The translations under genes and the position numbers were made by a program. From Pseudovirgaria hyperparasitica (taxonomy: Eukaryota), in NCBI GenBank assembly GCA_010093815.1, contig ML996576.1: a DNA stretch of 64,000 bases; one strand, written 5' to 3'. Numbering within the stretch: the stretch's first letter is position 1; every line of letters begins with the position of its first letter. Below, piece after piece: positions 37,036-49,355 of the stretch. Under the pieces are notes generated by a model. It did not search any database and was not told where the DNA came from. It worked only from the letters and a program-made list of their open reading frames with translations.

Positions 37036-38373
37036 ATGGACGCAACGAGGCTCTCACCAGAAGACTATGGTGCAAGGATGTGGAACGAAACAAGTACGTG
37101 ACCTCTGATAAGCCCTTCCGGACTGTATACTGACTCGACAGCTCGAAAATCCACACCGTCGTCGTCGCACAGTTCCAGCGGTGACGAGTACGAGAACCAG
37201 AGAAAGTACAGCGCCGAGCAAGTCGCCGCAGCACGTCAGTCGCAGCCCAACAACCGACAGCTATCAGACCATTTGAGTCGACTAACCTTGCATGCACGCA
37301 ACGTAGGAGAGCGCCTCGACGCCTTCACGGAAAGGGGTGACAGCCTCCCCGTCACCCCCAACGCCACCGACGACCACTCCCAACGGTGTGAGACCTGCGG
37401 AGTCAAGCCTGCCGCGATGAAAGCAAAGAAGGCCTTCATCGACGCCGCATACAAGGACCTGAAAGTCCTTAAATTCGAGCTCATCCGGGAGCGCGGTGAA
37501 TGGGAGGATTTCGAGGCCAAGCAGGCCATGCTTGACTCGAGAATGAAGAGACACAACCATGAGCGGACAGACATCATGGAAAGGAGAAAGGAGTATCGGG
37601 AGAAGAACAGGGCGCTGCGGAAGCGGGAGGCGGCCTGTGATGAGAGAGAGAACAAAAGAGCGGATGGGAGAGCGGCGAAGGAGGCGAGACTCGAGAAGGC
37701 CGAGAGGGAGATCAACGCCCGTGAACGCGCCGTCCGGGCCATGGAGCGAAGTCTGAACAAGGAATTCGCGGCGAATGAAGCCATGCTCGCACGCACAAGG
37801 CCAAGAGTTGGATGCAACACGTTAGATGTTCATCGCTCGACAAACTCAAGTGCAAGACAGTCGGACTCCCCAATCAACTACTTCACAACCCAGTCGCCAG
37901 CTCCTCCCGGGGCATCGCTGGGATATAATCAGATCACCTTCGAAAGCCAGATGGTGCAAGTCCATGATTCCGGTGCCCTTCAAGTCGACTTCTCATTCCC
38001 CGACGACGGACCGCCTGTTCACACAACGGCCACCACGGTGTCGAGAGCCGTGTCCGCGGCAATTGATAGCGCGGGTCGAAAATGGGAAGACCTGGTGTGC
38101 ACCGACGATCTGCGGGAGCTATCCGGAGGGGACGGGAGTCGCTGCGTCTGGTCGACGCTGTACCGTGACGCAGGCGGTTGGTTTGACGGCAGTTACGGGT
38201 ACAGCTGTAAGAGCTGCCAGGCCGAGAGACGACTCTGTCTCGTGTACATCGCGAGCCAGATGTATCTGCTCCCGCTGTCACCAGAGAAGAGGAGTACTGA
38301 GGATGCGAAGAACATTGGGTACTGGATCATGACAGAAGTCACAAATCCACAGAAGCGTAAGCGTGGAGTCTGA
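37036..38373 (+). CDS. Hypothetical coiled-coil protein with C-terminal Cys4 domain (paralog A)
   Basis: Exon 37036-37093, intron 37094-37141, in-frame long exon; E/R/K coiled coil; CVW..CKSCQAERRLC..LLPL..GYW; terminal KRKR. Confidence 0.75.
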
Positions 38374-39807
38374 TACAGGAACTTGATCGGATACGAGATT
38401 CGTGAGTCGTTGGTACGCATTGGAAGAGTATGATCTTACATGCATTGGAGTGAGAACAAGATTGCATGTTATAGGTTAGCAAGTGCGATCTGTAGCGTTT
38501 AGCAGACCTGTTTGACGCAATCCAAAAGAAGGACAGGAGTCCAGAAAAGACCTCGGCAATATATCTCATGATGAGCTTGCTCGACGGGTAGACCGCAGCG
38601 AATCAGGCCATACAAGCCAATTTTGATGTCTTCATGATGCAGATGCAGGCGGTCTCTTTCGTCAACCCACATGCAGAAATGTGCTAGTGAAGTGCACTCG
38701 TCCAAGAAAGTCATCAGCCGTCTAAATAAAGTTCACTCCCTGAAGGTAGGCAGTTATCATTAGTACATCCAAGCATTCACCAATACAGAGTCCGGGTTAC
38801 CGGATGATAGCCAGGAAGTCTTCTGCATATGAGGTTCCAGCCATCAGTGGAACAGAGTGGCTCAGCGTTGTCAGTAATTACGGAGTAGGTCTTCATTAAT
38901 TCATGGTTTCTGCTGAATAAATCGACATACTCAACGAGAGAACGAACCCTTAGCAAATCAAGACCAACAATGGATATCCCGCAACCAGAGAGCCGGGAAT
39001 ACGGAGAATAATAACGGGTCGCCCGAGCCGGCGGCTGGGAACGGGATGGATCCCACGATGCAGGCTAGACTCCTGCGGCTAAGTCTCAATTCGGCAGGTG
39101 CGCTGCCTGTCAAGCGGTATGATGTGGACCTCTTCCATGTCCTTACACAATTCACAATACTTTTGCATTGAAGCTGGCTGGCTATCGTGAGCATGTCTGC
39201 ATCGTGGTGGTCCGGCAAGGGAGCATAGTTACCACGTTAAGCTATTCCGCTTCAAGCAAATGGAAAGCCGCCCTAATGAGAAGACTCATCATATCAGGGA
39301 TGCTGAAAGCGTGCGCGGCGTCGCACTGCAGGGCCGCTGATAAGTGTACTCCGCAGCTCGTGGCTTCGTGGGCAATAATTCGACGGACCGACAGCAGAAC
39401 GCGAGGCTGGCAGAAGTGTCTAGGACGTAATACGATGCTGGGTTGACGTGGTCATGCGGTCGTATCTGCTCAAAGGGAGGGGCAGCCTACATCCTAGCTG
39501 CATGTAGGCAATAGGAGCGGCCTGTAGTTCTGAACCGTCTCCAGCTCCATGTTCGCGGGAGCCGTTGACCGTGAAGTTGGAGTCATGGTACGACCCTTTG
39601 TACCACTAATCTCTATCACCTTGCGTCCTCCCATAGTGCTGGGCCGCCGAGGCTTCCATATGGCGTGCCAATCTAGAACTGCGGAAATTTCTGATCTGTG
39701 GGTCCCTCACAACAGAGCCGGCAGAGGTCTCTGAGACTATGCGAATTTGTCTCACTGCCGTATGCCTGGATTTCGTTCAGGGCGTAGGTGCAGATTCACA
39801 AGGCGTC

Positions 39808-41025
39808 ATGTCGAAACGTACAGCTCGGATGATGGAAGAGGGATCTTCCTCACGTCACAACATATCGGGAGGATCACAACGGTCCAGCCCTGAGTCCACT
39901 CGTTCCTTGCGCTCCGAAGACCTCAGTGTCGTCAACGAGAATGGACGAGCGTATCCGAATGACACATTCTTCATGCCATGCGATTCACAAGAACAGACCC
40001 GTCTGTCCATCCTCCACCGAGTGTTTTTGAACGCTCTTGGGGGTCAATTGACGACTGCCCCTTTACCCTCGACAATCGAGCGTATACTGGACGTTGGATC
40101 CGGATCCGGAGACTGGGCCGTGGCAATAGCTCTCGAATACCCTGGAGCCGAGGTTGTCGCAGTTGATCTCGCCGTCTGGGACGTGGAAGCTGCAGAGGAA
40201 GATGCTAAGCAGAGGCTTGATGAGCAAGGGATGCATGATGTCGAGCTGCCTGAAGTGACATGGGAGATTGCCGATCTTGACATGTGGGGCCCAGTGGAAC
40301 ATGTCGAAGTAACCGTCGAAGAAGGCATTGAAGATGAACATGTCGCCAAGTCTGTCACAGGCCTTAATACGCAGGAAGGTGGCAAGGGCAGAGCGAATTC
40401 TGTGCAGTCGAACAGGAGCAGCCGGAGGGAAAGCTGGCGTAGAAGCTATAATCCCCCTTCTCGGAGAGGTTCCGTGAACCTAGGCTGGAACTTTAGCGAG
40501 CCATTCGACTTCATACATATCCGTGGTATGAAAGGTGCCTTCGCATATTGGACAGGAGTCTACAGAGAATGTTATGCAAACCTCGTCCCGGGCGGCTGGC
40601 TCGAGGTCGTCGATTTCCAATACCACATAGCGCAGCCAGACTCCGTGATGCGTGAAGTCTTCATCAACTTCCATGCTGTAGCATCAAAGTCGGGTTATCC
40701 GGTTACAACAACACATCTCCAGCGAGAGTTCTTCGAGGCAGCGGGCTTCGAGGAATATGAAATGATCGCCATTGACATTCCACTGGGAGCTTGGCCAGGC
40801 GATGACGAGAATCACACTCTCGGTAAGATGCACCTGGTCAGCTTGGTGGAAAGCATCGAGGCAACGGCGCTGAGAAGTATGACAAAACATGCTGGCTTCA
40901 CCAAGGAGGAAGTGCAGGAGCGTTGTGGGGACGTTGTGCAGGAGTTATTGACCGGTGTCCATGATCAGCTGGAGACAAGTTTTCGATTTGTGAGAGCCAG
41001 GAAGCCGTTGAACGATGATAAGTGA
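39808..41025 (+). CDS. LaeA-like (TAM-type) SAM-dependent methyltransferase
   Basis: ENGRAY..FMPCDSQEQTRL, RILDVGSGSGDWA, FDFIHIRG, NLVPGGWLEVVD, IPLGAWP, ARKP. Confidence 0.88.
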   Translation: MSKRTARMMEEGSSSRHNISGGSQRSSPESTRSLRSEDLSVVNENGRAYPNDTFFMPCDSQEQTRLSILHRVFLNALGGQLTTAPLPSTIERILDVGSGSGDWAVAIALEYPGAEVVAVDLAVWDVEAAEEDAKQRLDEQGMHDVELPEVTWEIADLDMWGPVEHVEVTVEEGIEDEHVAKSVTGLNTQEGGKGRANSVQSNRSSRRESWRRSYNPPSRRGSVNLGWNFSEPFDFIHIRGMKGAFAYWTGVYRECYANLVPGGWLEVVDFQYHIAQPDSVMREVFINFHAVASKSGYPVTTTHLQREFFEAAGFEEYEMIAIDIPLGAWPGDDENHTLGKMHLVSLVESIEATALRSMTKHAGFTKEEVQERCGDVVQELLTGVHDQLETSFRFVRARKPLNDDK

Positions 41026-41430
41026 TCGATTGTCTGCAAAATGCGTGTTTCTCGGAGCTCAACCTGGATCTGAATTTTGACCTTTGTTGGTATTAAATCG
41101 ATCGGTGACCTGACTGGACTTGGAGGCAAGGCTGTGTTAGTATTCGTGTATGTTAACATTGCATAGATACCCCGAATGAGCGAACACGTATGATGACGGA
41201 AAGCAGAAATCAATATAGAAAATGAGTCGTCTCGGAGCTGAAGAAGTGTGAATGCGCAAAGAACGCGCTGCCACGTGACCACCTGATATAATGCGACGTC
41301 TTTGTCCTTTCTCACCCTTCCTCTCCATTCATATAAGATAAAAGCTGAATTCTTTGTTGACTCTTCTTCCGCGACATATTCAGCATTAGAGTGGATAGTG
41401 TCTGTCTTTTTGCCATGATTGATCAACAAG

Positions 41431-42593
41431 TTAGTACGCCGCAGAGATCTTCCGTTTCTTATTCGATCCGCAGTTGGCAGCTTTCATCAGTATACTCTTG
41501 CGTTTCCAGAACTCAATCTCGCCAGGATCGTCTGTGGTCCTCACATCCTCATGCAACGGCAGCAGCTTGAGCGTACCTTTGTTGCCGACAACGCAAAGCC
41601 GGCTCAGCTTTTCGCACTGAAGACAAGCATTTTCGAGTCCCTTTGCCCAGTCGCCAGCCTTTCTGGCGCCGCTCATCTGTGTCCACACGCATTCTGGATC
41701 CCGATCTGCCGCAATCTGCTTCATCATCTTGACGCCGCCGTTTCGATGACTGCGCCATTTTATCAGCGCAGCGGAGAGGGCTTCTCTGACGCTGTCTGAC
41801 TTGATGTCGACGTAAGCTTCGAAGGGTAGGCAATCTTCTTCCTCAAAGTCGTAACTGAAGACAATGGGTTCGGCGTCTGATCTCGTGGCTGTTGTGCTGG
41901 GTCCGGCCTGGTTGAAGTCGGACTGTTTGGGCTGCTGTTCGAATGCCAGCTTTTCCTGCTCAAATGATCTTTTCTCGTTTCTGAAGACTTCTTGCTCCAG
42001 CGCCATATTCTCGACTTGCTTCTGTAACCTCTTCTCAGCATCTTCCAACATACTCATTCTCATTCGTGCTTTTCTAAGGAGCTTTTCCGCACTTTCATGC
42101 ATCGAAAGCATGTTAAAGTCGTCTGTCAACCCTTCTCCCACAGCTGGAGAGACCTCGTTCAGGACGTTGTTGATTTGGTTTGTCATAACTCTGGTTGGTA
42201 TGCGAAAGTCACGTTTCGAATTACCCTGAAGTTCCGCCTCGAATTCAGCAATGAAACTTGCATCTTCTTTCCTAGAAATGACGCTGCCTAGCGAGACATA
42301 GAGCTTGACAAGATCGTCAATCAACGGCGTGCTGTCCTGGCTGAGCATAAAGGCGATTCGTGCCGCGAGGGGATCTTCCATGGGTGCAACTTCGCGTGTG
42401 AAGCTTGGGGCTTGCGGCATAGTGTAATCCTAGTTTGTTCAGATGGATAAATAAAATGCAGAGACTTGAGAGGTTTACTCACCTCACAATCATTCGTGCC
42501 ATCGTCCTCATTGTCGTCAGAATCCATGAAGAAAGGTCCACGTCTACTCGGAGCACCCATTCTCGTGCTGCCTCTAGCAGCGGATGCTTTCAT
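41431..42593 (-). CDS. Hypothetical coiled-coil protein with C-terminal Cys4 domain (paralog B)
   Basis: Exon 42593-42483, intron 42482-42430, exon to 41431; coiled coil; CVW..CLQCEKLSRLC..LLPL..EFW; terminal KKRK. Confidence 0.75.
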
Positions 42594-43577
42594 CTTGCCT
42601 TGCAGCTCGGTATGCTGAGCTGCCTTTGACTCCCTGTAGTAGTGAGTTGAACACGAGAGAGTTTTTTAAGTCGTTAGTAGGATTTGGTGAGGCCGTGAGA
42701 ACACAAAGTTTGCTTTAAGAGGCTACCTTGGTATTGTAGAGCAGCCAACGAGATCTCGACGGTCTTCTTGGGCTTCTAGATTGAGGCTCTGTTAGAAGTG
42801 GTCGATGTGATGAGGACAATTCGATCACAGTCGGGTTTAGAAGTCGAAGACGTTATGTGATGGACATGAGAACTTGAACTTGCAAATGACAACCACTACC
42901 AGTACAAGCGAGATTCACTCTACCTATCGTAACGTAGTACCTACCTTACTCGAGTATAATCCCTTATTAAGCTGAGATTGCTCAAGATGACTTAAACCTG
43001 TCAACACTTGGGCACGGACCTGGCATGTTCGTTCACCGAACAGCCACCGCACTGCTTCTGTTCTTGTGTAAGCAAATACTGCGAGTAGCCTATCGGTATG
43101 AAACTGGCTACGCAGGTTCACTTTTCCAACTTCAGCAGACTGGGGGCGCCTATATATTGTGACATCGTCGATATCTCTTAGTATCTCTAAGTTGCGAGTT
43201 GCCCTGAAAGAGCTGATGGTATGTTATCGGTCATCGCTTTCACTTCAGTTGTGTGTACGCAATTAGGTGCAAGCGAGTTCAAGAATGATTTCTCGCCGGG
43301 GATCGATTCCGGTATTTACTGGCGACTCAATAATCTGTTTCACATTCTTCAGACAACGTGTGTTCGCTCTGTTGTATACCACCCTTGCTCTGAATCGTCA
43401 TAGGGAACTGCGCGTAGCACAAGGATTCGATCGCTTAGTATAGATTCAAAGGACGTCCAAAGGTACGACCTACACGACGCTCGAACACTACACTTGCAGA
43501 TCTCGATTTGAAAGATTTTACATCCCTTCATATATCGGTCCTGAGGTCAGCAGTCTACATATCTCATGCTTTCTGTT

Positions 43578-45795
43578 CTACTCTATCTCCTGGCCGTCAA
43601 AGATCGGAAGCCGCTTCACGACATCGTCCCATGTCTCGGTACCATTCACCATATTAACCACAGCCTTGCAGACCTCATCGTCGCTGGCACGAACTTGTTT
43701 CGTCGTGTCACGGTCGCGTAGTGTGAATGTGTTGTCCTTGATGGACTGGAAGTCGACAGTAATGCCAAACGGTGTGCCGAGCTCGTCGTTTCGGGCATAA
43801 CGCTTGCCAATACTCGCTGAAGAATCGTCCACACGATTGGAGATCCCTAATGCGCGGAGCTTGCGGCCCATTTGTTGCACTAGGGGACGGAAGTCTGCGT
43901 TGGTGCTAAGAGGCACTAGCAGGACTTTTGTGGGAGCAACTGCTGGCGGAAACGAAATAACCTATGATTGTTTAGTGGATATTACTGCGTCAATCGCCCA
44001 AGTAAACTTACACCTCGATCTACATCATCGGGACGTGTCCAGAAGAGATGCTCAATGAGCGCGTAGAAGATTCGGCCAATACCAAACGATGGCTCGATGA
44101 CGTTAGGAACGAACTCGCGAATGTGCTCGACTCTCGTACGCTTCTCGATGGTGATGAGCTCCTTAGGGATCTCGACCTTGCCATCGCCAACACCAGCTAC
44201 ATCAACGATGATCTTGCCGTCGTTCTTTAGGTCGAGAGATAGTTTCTCTCGCATATCCTGGGTCAGTGCTTCGATCGCACTCTCGACAGCTTTGCCGTCT
44301 TTTTTGAATGTGGGACCGAATTTCTTCTTGTCCAGGTCGATCTGATACTCTTCTATTGACAACGGCTCTTTTCTTGTCTCACGGACTATCAAAGGTGCGC
44401 CAGTCTTCTTAGCATGGACAGAGAGATCATAAGCACTGCGGTCGGCGCAGCCAACACACTCAATCCACCCGTAGCTAGTAAGGAGTTCTGCATCCCAACA
44501 GTCGGCAGCATAATGGGCCATCTCGTTGGCCATATGCTGTCTGAAACGTATTTTCTTCTTGTCCACGCCAATCTTAAGCAAGAACTGCTGTATCCGGGCC
44601 AGGAAGTACCCAAGCGTCTCATTGTCGACCAGACCAGATGAAACGGCCTTACCGATAGGAGTAGTCTCCACCTTGGTCTTACCAGCCAGTTGTGTCTCAC
44701 GGTTGAGAAGCTCGAGCTCTACGTCTTTCACTTCTTCAAAGCGAGGGTGCTTCTTCCCACCCTCGGGGTCCACGAAATGCTCGATTTCCGCCATTAGGAA
44801 TTCTCTTACTCGCAAAAGACCAGATCTAGGGGAGATTTCATTTCGGAACGATTTGCCAATAGAAGCCGAAGCAAAGGGCATAGATGTGTTGTTGAACTCG
44901 AGCAGTTTGTGGAAAGTCAGGAATTGACCCTGGGCGGTCTCGGGTCTGAGGAAGCCGGGCGCGTTGCTGCTTGGACCGATGGACGTCTGGAACATGAGAT
45001 TGAATGCCACGGGAAGTTCTAGATCGCCGCCAGTGACAGGATTCTTTATGTTGTACTTTGTCATCAAACCACCAAGTTCCTCGCCATTGTAGTTGTCGAT
45101 CTGCAATCATTAGCGTCGAATGGAGAGCTATTCTTTCCCCTTACCTTAGCAAGGATTTCCTCATACTCCGTCACGACCGAATCTTCCAGTTTGACGTTCT
45201 CAACCTTCGCCTTCTTCTTTTTCTTCTTAGGGTCCTCCTTTTCCGCTTCAACATTCTCCCCACGAGCTAGCTTGTCACCTTTCAGTCGAGCTTGCAGCAC
45301 CTCCTCAACCAAGTGGTCTGCCCGGAAGATATCGCCAGTCTTCGGGTCTTTGCACATCCAATCCGCGAATTTGTCTACGTGCCCGCTCGTTTTCAGAACT
45401 TCGTGCGGTGTCAACATGGTACAGTCCACTTCCAACATGTCTTCTTCCAATACGAAGTGTTTCCGCCATTGCTCGACAATGTTTGCTTGCAGCGCGCACC
45501 CAGGCGGACCATAGTCGTACAGGCCCTTGACACCGCCGTAGATCTCAAAGGAGGGTGTGTAGAAAAGCCGGCGCTTCATGAGTTGCTCCATGTGAGCCCG
45601 GTCAAACGGCTGACCGGTTTTGGTTGTGGTCTCCATATCGACAGGCTTGGGTTTACTGTTGATACTGGACTTTTGCGCGACTAATGTTGTAGTAAAGCTA
45701 CGGAGGTGATGTGCTCGTATAGAGGGGTTTGGTGGAGCTTCTGAAAAGGAATTGAATCGGCTCAATAGGCGCGTAGGTCGGAGCAGCAAGCGCAT
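43578..45795 (-). CDS. GRS1: Glycyl-tRNA synthetase
   Basis: Introns 45144-45101 and 44011-43962; [44 protein letters not shown], anticodon-binding [13 protein letters not shown]. Confidence 0.97.
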
Positions 45796-46241
45796 GCGAA
45801 TGAGTGACAGGAAGACTTGTTTGAGAAAAGGTGTACAGTGTATGAAGTCAACGGAGAAGGCGAAGATGCGAATCGTAGACGTCCAGAATTATGACTCCAT
45901 CAACACTTTCAGACCCTTGGAGAGCTTCGAAATGCCAAGAGTTCTCCCCACTTAAACGCCGACCGCCGACATTTTTTTGTGCATCTGCTTCTTGGCCTCG
46001 TCGCAAAGAGTCGTTCTCAGAAAGTGACAACTTGTCCTACTACCTTTGATGCGAGGCAGCGTGGTCAATTCGTGAGAAACCTTGATTCGACTCCGCATAC
46101 TTGACCTCGTTGTGGCTCCTCTGGAAAACAAGCTTTTCATCTAGACCGTGCGATTTACGACGAAGCTGCGACAACAGCACTGCAATCCAGGCCCACCATT
46201 CAGTCTCGTCACGCAGCACACGTGCTGTCAATTCTGCAGAT

Positions 46242-47498
46242 ATGGGCTTCGGTACTGGAGCCAGCCGCGGCTATCAGATCAGGAATAAGACAAAACGTGC
46301 AGAGATCAATCTGAAAGAGAAGAAGGCACGAGAGAGCGCAAAGCGTGATGAGCGCATGAGAAGGAAGAGAGAAGAGGCGAAGAATCCAGAGCTTCGTGAG
46401 AAACGAGTAGCCACCCATGTACCCGTCACTATCGACCAGAAGAGAGTATGGGACGCCGCATTCGGTGACGAGGGCGACGCACTAGGATGGAGTGTCGACG
46501 TGGACAAATTGAAGAAGCAAAAGACAGACGAGGAGCAGAACGGCGACAGCAACATCGACGCCGAAGACGCAGAAGGCGACGACAGCGAAGCCGACGATCT
46601 AGACAGCATGCTCGACTCCGACAGCGGCTCCGACTCTGACGGTAACGATTCCAGCTCAGACACAACATCCAAAAAGTCCAAACACAAACCCACACCCGAC
46701 GCCCCCAAACGAGCCCCCTCCCCATCCGCCGCCTCAACAGCAACAAACATGGACCTCACCCCCGAATTCCTCCAAGCCAAATTCCCAACCCTCTTTCTGC
46801 CCCCAGTCGACCCCAAGATCCTCATCACAACCTCCCTAAACAGCACTCTCCACACCGAAGCCCAAATGCTCACAAACTTCTTCCCCGCAAGCTCCTACAT
46901 CCGCCGCTCAGAGCACCGCTTCGGACACAAGTACAGCGTGCGCGAGATCTCCAAATTCGCCTCCAACCGCGGCTACACGGCCGTCATCGTGCTGAACGAA
47001 GACCAGAAGAAGCCGTGTGGCCTCGACATTGTTCACCTGCCCCACGGCCCCATGTTCCACTTCAGCATCAGCAACTGGGTCGAAGGCAAGAAGTTGCCCG
47101 GCCACGGCAAACCAACAAACCACTACCCGGAACTCATCCTGAATAACTTCCGCACGCCGCTCGGCTTGCTGACGGCGCATCTCTTTCGCACTATGTTTCC
47201 GCCCCAGCCTGAGTTTGAGGGCCGTCAGGTGGTGACGCTGCATAATCAGCGTGATTATATCTTTGTTCGACGGCATCGCTATGTTTTCAGGGATAAGCGG
47301 GCGACGGAGAAGAGTATTGTGGGGACGGATGGGAAGGTGATGAAGGGGGTCGAGGATATCAAAGCTGGATTGCAGGAGCTAGGGCCCAGGTTCACCCTGA
47401 AGCTGAGACGGGTGGATAGAGGCATACAGAGGAAGAGCGGGCAGGAGTGGCAGTGGAAGGGTAAGCAGGACAAGGCGAGGACGCGCTTCCAGTTGTAG
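46242..47498 (+). CDS. RPF1: Brix-domain ribosome biogenesis protein Rpf1
   Basis: PKILITTS, HLPHGP, HYPELILNNFRTPLG, RQVVTLHNQRDYIFVRRHRY, LQELGPRFTLKL. Confidence 0.92.
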   Translation: MGFGTGASRGYQIRNKTKRAEINLKEKKARESAKRDERMRRKREEAKNPELREKRVATHVPVTIDQKRVWDAAFGDEGDALGWSVDVDKLKKQKTDEEQNGDSNIDAEDAEGDDSEADDLDSMLDSDSGSDSDGNDSSSDTTSKKSKHKPTPDAPKRAPSPSAASTATNMDLTPEFLQAKFPTLFLPPVDPKILITTSLNSTLHTEAQMLTNFFPASSYIRRSEHRFGHKYSVREISKFASNRGYTAVIVLNEDQKKPCGLDIVHLPHGPMFHFSISNWVEGKKLPGHGKPTNHYPELILNNFRTPLGLLTAHLFRTMFPPQPEFEGRQVVTLHNQRDYIFVRRHRYVFRDKRATEKSIVGTDGKVMKGVEDIKAGLQELGPRFTLKLRRVDRGIQRKSGQEWQWKGKQDKARTRFQL

Positions 47499-47753
47499 AT
47501 GGAACGTATTTAGGTGTTCTATTTATGATATGTTCGTGGTGGCACTTCTTGATAGAAAATCTTCAGTTTTCAAATGATACATTAGATTAATGTGACGACG
47601 TATAAGAAATACATCAAACGCCTAGTATGCCTGGTATAACGCTCTCCGCCTCGCCCAACCCCCCAAAATAAAACAAAATAAATGTCAGAAAAAAACCATC
47701 ACACACGCTCACCACCCCATCCTAGAAGCTCAAATCCCCCAAACTCGCTAAAC

Positions 47754-49355
47754 TCAAAAGAAGCTATTCACCGTCTCCCAATCCCCCATCTCCCGCTCCC
47801 CGTCCCCCTCCTCCCCATCACCCTCATACCACTCCGCAGGAACCTTCCTGACGCCCATCAACCGCCAATAACTCTTCAACACGCCCTCCCTCGCCCGCCC
47901 ATCCCCCTTAGCAGCACCACCCTTAGCAGCAGCAGTAGCCCCACCTCCAACATGCGGCAAGATAACATAATCCAAATAATCAGCCACCCGCCTCAACAGC
48001 ACAAACTGCATATACCCCCACAACTCGCCGGCGCCCTGACCCTTAACAAACAGCGCCTCCAACAACCGCCTATCCTTGACAAACTTCTCGCGAATGCCCA
48101 TTGCAACGGCACGGCTCGACAAGCCCTGGGCGCGGCCCAGATCGACGAGTTCCTTTGTTTCGGTGGTGCGCATGGAGGTCTTGTCCGCGAGGCGGATGAT
48201 GAGGTATTTGAGCTCTGCGGCGTCGAGGCGGAGGGCTTGGATGATGGTGGAGAGGGTGGAGGGGAAGGGCAGGTCTGGGTTTGAGGTGAAGGCGCGGCCG
48301 AGGGCGATCCAGCCTTGGAGTTCCCAGGCGGGGATTTTGGCGTACCAGGATGTGGGGGAGGCGGGGGGTTCGATGAGGTCGTAGTAGAGGTACCAGAAGA
48401 CGAGGCGGGTGATGTGGCCGGGGCGGAGGGAGGCGTCGAAGGAAGAGAGGGTGGGGGAGAGGGTTGGGGAAATGGTTGGGGAGAGAGGGGGAGAAGGGGT
48501 GGGCGTGAATTGAGTGACTGCGGGCGCTGAAGGAGTGATTGCAGGAGCGAGATAGGCGAGAGAGAGATGTTTGCGGGTGGGTTTAGGTGTTGGGCTTGGG
48601 TCTTCGCTCTCGCTGTCGCTGTCGACAAAGGTTGCAGTGGCAGGACGGGGGCGAGTAGCTGGTGGAGAGTGAGTCGGTGTGGAGATTGAGCTGGAGCTGG
48701 AGTAGGGGCTGTAGTTGCTGCTGTCGCTATCACTGTCGCTCTCGACAAAAGTAGCGCTCGAATAGAGGGTAGGTGTGCTACTGTTGCTGAAGACTTGCCA
48801 GTTGCGGTTCGAATGGCGATTTGCAGTGACGCGGTTGAGGTTGCGGCTGCTGCTTCGATTGGTAGAGCGGGAGCTTAATGTACTGGAGTCGCTGTCTTCG
48901 CTCCGCCAGTTCTTGGAAGACTGTCTTGGTGGTAAGACAACCTCCTGTGCTTTGAGGATCCAGCCATAGCTGTCTTCGCGTGCGTGACATTGGGTCTGAG
49001 AATCCGTTTCTTTCCTCGCAGCGTTCGGTAGAGCGTTGCTCTCCGTCTTGAAATGTCCCGGCATAATGCTATGCACACGACGGTAGTCCCAGTCCAGTGG
49101 TAGAAATGGAGACAGGTTGGCCTCTCTGTCGGTAGTATTTGTGGAGTTGCGATTTGCTCTGCGAGGTTCCAGGAGCGATGATGCAGAGGTAGGTGCGGAA
49201 GCAGGAGATCGTGCAGCGGGTTCTTTCACAGCGTGAACAATTCGAATGTGACTGGATGGTCTTTGTTTGGTGACTTTGTTCATTTGACGGACTTTGGGGG
49301 TGGCTGCAGAGCTAATGCGGTCCGCACGTCGGACATTCTCGAATCCCTGCGGCAT
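47754..49355 (-). CDS. Hypothetical protein, Ser/Pro-rich N-terminal half and helical C-terminal domain; true start may lie upstream
   Basis: 533-aa ORF with the frame open ~170 bp further upstream; duplicated ATFV(E/D)SDS motif. Confidence 0.6.
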   Translation of the reverse strand: MPQGFENVRRADRISSAATPKVRQMNKVTKQRPSSHIRIVHAVKEPAARSPASAPTSASSLLEPRRANRNSTNTTDREANLSPFLPLDWDYRRVHSIMPGHFKTESNALPNAARKETDSQTQCHAREDSYGWILKAQEVVLPPRQSSKNWRSEDSDSSTLSSRSTNRSSSRNLNRVTANRHSNRNWQVFSNSSTPTLYSSATFVESDSDSDSSNYSPYSSSSSISTPTHSPPATRPRPATATFVDSDSESEDPSPTPKPTRKHLSLAYLAPAITPSAPAVTQFTPTPSPPLSPTISPTLSPTLSSFDASLRPGHITRLVFWYLYYDLIEPPASPTSWYAKIPAWELQGWIALGRAFTSNPDLPFPSTLSTIIQALRLDAAELKYLIIRLADKTSMRTTETKELVDLGRAQGLSSRAVAMGIREKFVKDRRLLEALFVKGQGAGELWGYMQFVLLRRVADYLDYVILPHVGGGATAAAKGGAAKGDGRAREGVLKSYWRLMGVRKVPAEWYEGDGEEGDGEREMGDWETVNSFF

